Of a stretch of 64,000 bases of DNA, positions 62,024 through 64,000 are shown in pieces. Position numbers and translations under genes: made by a program. The DNA lies in NCBI GenBank assembly GCA_042408215.1, contig JAYFMW010000003.1:416001-480000 (forward strand). The letters are read 5' to 3'. Origin of the DNA: Microcoleus sp. (GTDB lineage: Bacteria; Cyanobacteriota; Cyanobacteriia; Cyanobacteriales; Microcoleaceae). Position 1 is the stretch's first letter, and each line of letters starts with the position of its first letter. The notes beneath the pieces were generated by a model. It made no database searches and had not been told where the DNA came from. It worked only from the letters and a program-made list of their open reading frames with translations.

Positions 62024-63313
62024 TTGAAAAGAGTCTTAGCCATCATTCTCGGTGGCGGTGTAGGCACCCGCCTCTACCCCCTAACCAAACTGCGAGCCAA
62101 ACCCGCAGTTCCCCTCGCTGGTAAATATCGCCTCATCGATATTCCCGTCAGCAACTGTATCAACTCAGAAATACTCAAAATTTACGTCCTCACCCAGTTC
62201 AACTCGGCATCCCTGAACCGCCACATTGCTCGTACCTACCAATTTTCCGGCTTCACAGAAGGATTTGCTGAGGTACTGGCGGCCCAGCAAACTCAGGAAA
62301 ACCCTGACTGGTTTCAAGGGACAGCCGATGCAGTTCGTCAGTATCTCTGGATGCTAGAAGACTGGGACGTCGATGAATACTTGATTCTTTCAGGCGATCA
62401 TCTCTACCGCATGGACTACCGGAAGTTTGTAGAGAGACACCGCGAAACTAACGCCGACATCACCCTCTCTGTTTTACCAATGGACGAGAAGCGGGCCTCG
62501 GATTTTGGTTTGATGAAAATTGACGATAATGGTCGCATTGTTTCTTTTAGCGAAAAGCCAAAAGGCGATGCGCTCAAACAAATGCAGGTCGATACTACTA
62601 AATTGGGATTGACACCGGAACAAGCCAAGGAAAGTCCTTACATTGCTTCGATGGGGATTTATGTCTTCAAAAAAGAGGTTCTGATTAAACTGCTTAAAGA
62701 ATCCCCTAACCAAACTGATTTTGGCAAAGAGATTATTCCGGCATCTTCAAAAGACCACAACGTTCAAGCTTATTTATTTGACGATTATTGGGAAGATATC
62801 GGAACGATTGAGGCTTTTTACGATGCTAATTTGGCGCTGACAAAACAGCCTCAGCCGCCTTTTAGTTTCTACGATGAAAATGCTCCAATTTACACTCGCC
62901 CACGTTTCTTGCCACCGACTAAGCTGTTAGATGCTAGCGTGACGGAATCGATTATTGCTGAAGGTTGTATTCTTAAACAGTGCCGGATCGACCATTCTGT
63001 GTTGGGAGTTCGATCGCGCATTGAAGCCGGATGTACAATTCAAGACTCTCTGCTGATGGGTTGTGACTTTTACGAAGCCGACGCCGAACGACATTCTAGT
63101 TTAGAAAACAGTGGCGTCCCTCTCGGCATCGGTGCAGATACTACAATTCGTCGCGCGATTGTGGATAAAAATGCTCGCATCGGCCGCAATGTTCAAATAA
63201 TTAATAAAGACCGAGTGGAAGAAGCCAATCGCGAAAGCGAAGGTTTTTACATCCGCAGTGGCATTGTTGTAGTGCTGAAAAACGCCACGATTCCCGATGG
63301 AACTATCATTTAG
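62024..63313 (+). CDS. glgC: Glucose-1-phosphate adenylyltransferase (ADP-glucose pyrophosphorylase)
   Basis: [37 protein letters not shown] start after GGAGG. Confidence 0.97.
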   Translation: MKRVLAIILGGGVGTRLYPLTKLRAKPAVPLAGKYRLIDIPVSNCINSEILKIYVLTQFNSASLNRHIARTYQFSGFTEGFAEVLAAQQTQENPDWFQGTADAVRQYLWMLEDWDVDEYLILSGDHLYRMDYRKFVERHRETNADITLSVLPMDEKRASDFGLMKIDDNGRIVSFSEKPKGDALKQMQVDTTKLGLTPEQAKESPYIASMGIYVFKKEVLIKLLKESPNQTDFGKEIIPASSKDHNVQAYLFDDYWEDIGTIEAFYDANLALTKQPQPPFSFYDENAPIYTRPRFLPPTKLLDASVTESIIAEGCILKQCRIDHSVLGVRSRIEAGCTIQDSLLMGCDFYEADAERHSSLENSGVPLGIGADTTIRRAIVDKNARIGRNVQIINKDRVEEANRESEGFYIRSGIVVVLKNATIPDGTII

Positions 63314-63400
63314 TTATTAGTCATTAGTCATTAGTCATTAGTCATTAGTCATTAGTCATTAGTCATTAGTCATTAGTCATTAGTCATTAGTCATTAGTCA
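63310..63400. repeat. TTAGTCA heptamer array
   Basis: ~13 units. Confidence 0.95.
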
Positions 63401-63608
63401 GAATCAAAAATTCGGCGTGCATAAGTGCCTTTATTGAATCTTGCCTTCTGCATAAGTGCCTTCTCCCGAAAGCAAGCTTTCTGCGTTAGGTAGTCCTTAG
63501 TTCTTGAATTTTAAATCTGTTGGCTGCTGACCGGTGACTGATGATAAATGATTTTTAGTTAATGAATAATCAGCAATGAAAAATCACCAATGACCAATGA
63601 CCAATGAC

Positions 63609-63839
63609 TTAGTAAGGGGCGGTCTGTGTTACAGTCGGCTGTGATACGGACAGCTTCGAGCTCTTGCGTCTGGCGAATAGCTTCTGAGTCTTGTATTTGC
63701 GATCGTAGCACTGCTGACAAATGCGCTGCCCGCTTCTAAGCACAACACAACTCTCGGAATTGTGTTTCCAATCGTCGCAGCAGCCGCAAGGCCAACTTAG
63801 CAAATAATTCATGATAGTAGCACCACAGTAGCGTTGCAA
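63609..63839 (-). CDS. Small Cys-rich hypothetical protein
   Basis: CGCC..C..CQQC pattern; start uncertain. Confidence 0.35.
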   Translation of the reverse strand: MQRYCGATIMNYLLSWPCGCCDDWKHNSESCVVLRSGQRICQQCYDRKYKTQKLFARRKSSKLSVSQPTVTQTAPY

Positions 63840-64000
63840 AGTTCTTAAGATACTATCTATCCTATCTTAATTACACTGAGGGTGTGTGTGTTCTAGTTAA
63901 CAGACAACTGAAAGATTATGTTATATGATGTTGACCGCTATCTCGACCGAGGCTGAAAAAAAGTGAAAGCGCAGCCGCTTTCCTCACCTTTTTTTGGCTT

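Noticed and set aside
1..64000. tRNA/rRNA genes, including a tRNA integration site for the 16-kb element
   Set aside because: No cloverleaf or rRNA signatures recognised by eye.

Overview
Filamentous-cyanobacterial chromosome segment, judged from abundant HIP1 GCGATCGC, heptamer STRR arrays and vipp1/glgC/menB (Oscillatoriales/Microcoleus-like by inference). The housekeeping backbone comprises an RNase D-like exonuclease, TpsB, vipp1-pspA, menB, tadA, plsC, an ABC ATPase, gor, an ECF sigma/anti-sigma/Spy module, a YqiA esterase, ppgK, hisC, a GH13 amylase and glgC. It is heavily invaded by RNA-guided transposons: 10 tnpB loci of the IS200/IS605 and IS607 families, one ORF-less mini-element and one orphan IscB-type omegaRNA, plus TA-targeting MITEs and ~24-bp dispersed repeats. 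The main discovery candidate is a ~16-kb integrated, virus-like element (28202-44316) bounded by a CCCATCA direct repeat. At one end it has an atypical IS110-family (bridge) recombinase, split by an IS607, whose stop codon lies 5 nt from the boundary. Upstream of that gene is a structured non-coding region with short motifs matching the predicted target and donor junctions (candidate bridge RNA). The cargo includes a symmetric divergent-promoter XRE switch, an iteron-like repeat cluster, a C39 peptidase with small membrane proteins, a coupled operon of unknown genes and a small tyrosine recombinase. Also notable: a 5.5-copy 356-bp tandem amplification of the gor promoter, and a 2060-bp tandem duplication that creates an in-frame esterase::sigma-region-4 chimera. 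All calls are by eye; no searches were run.
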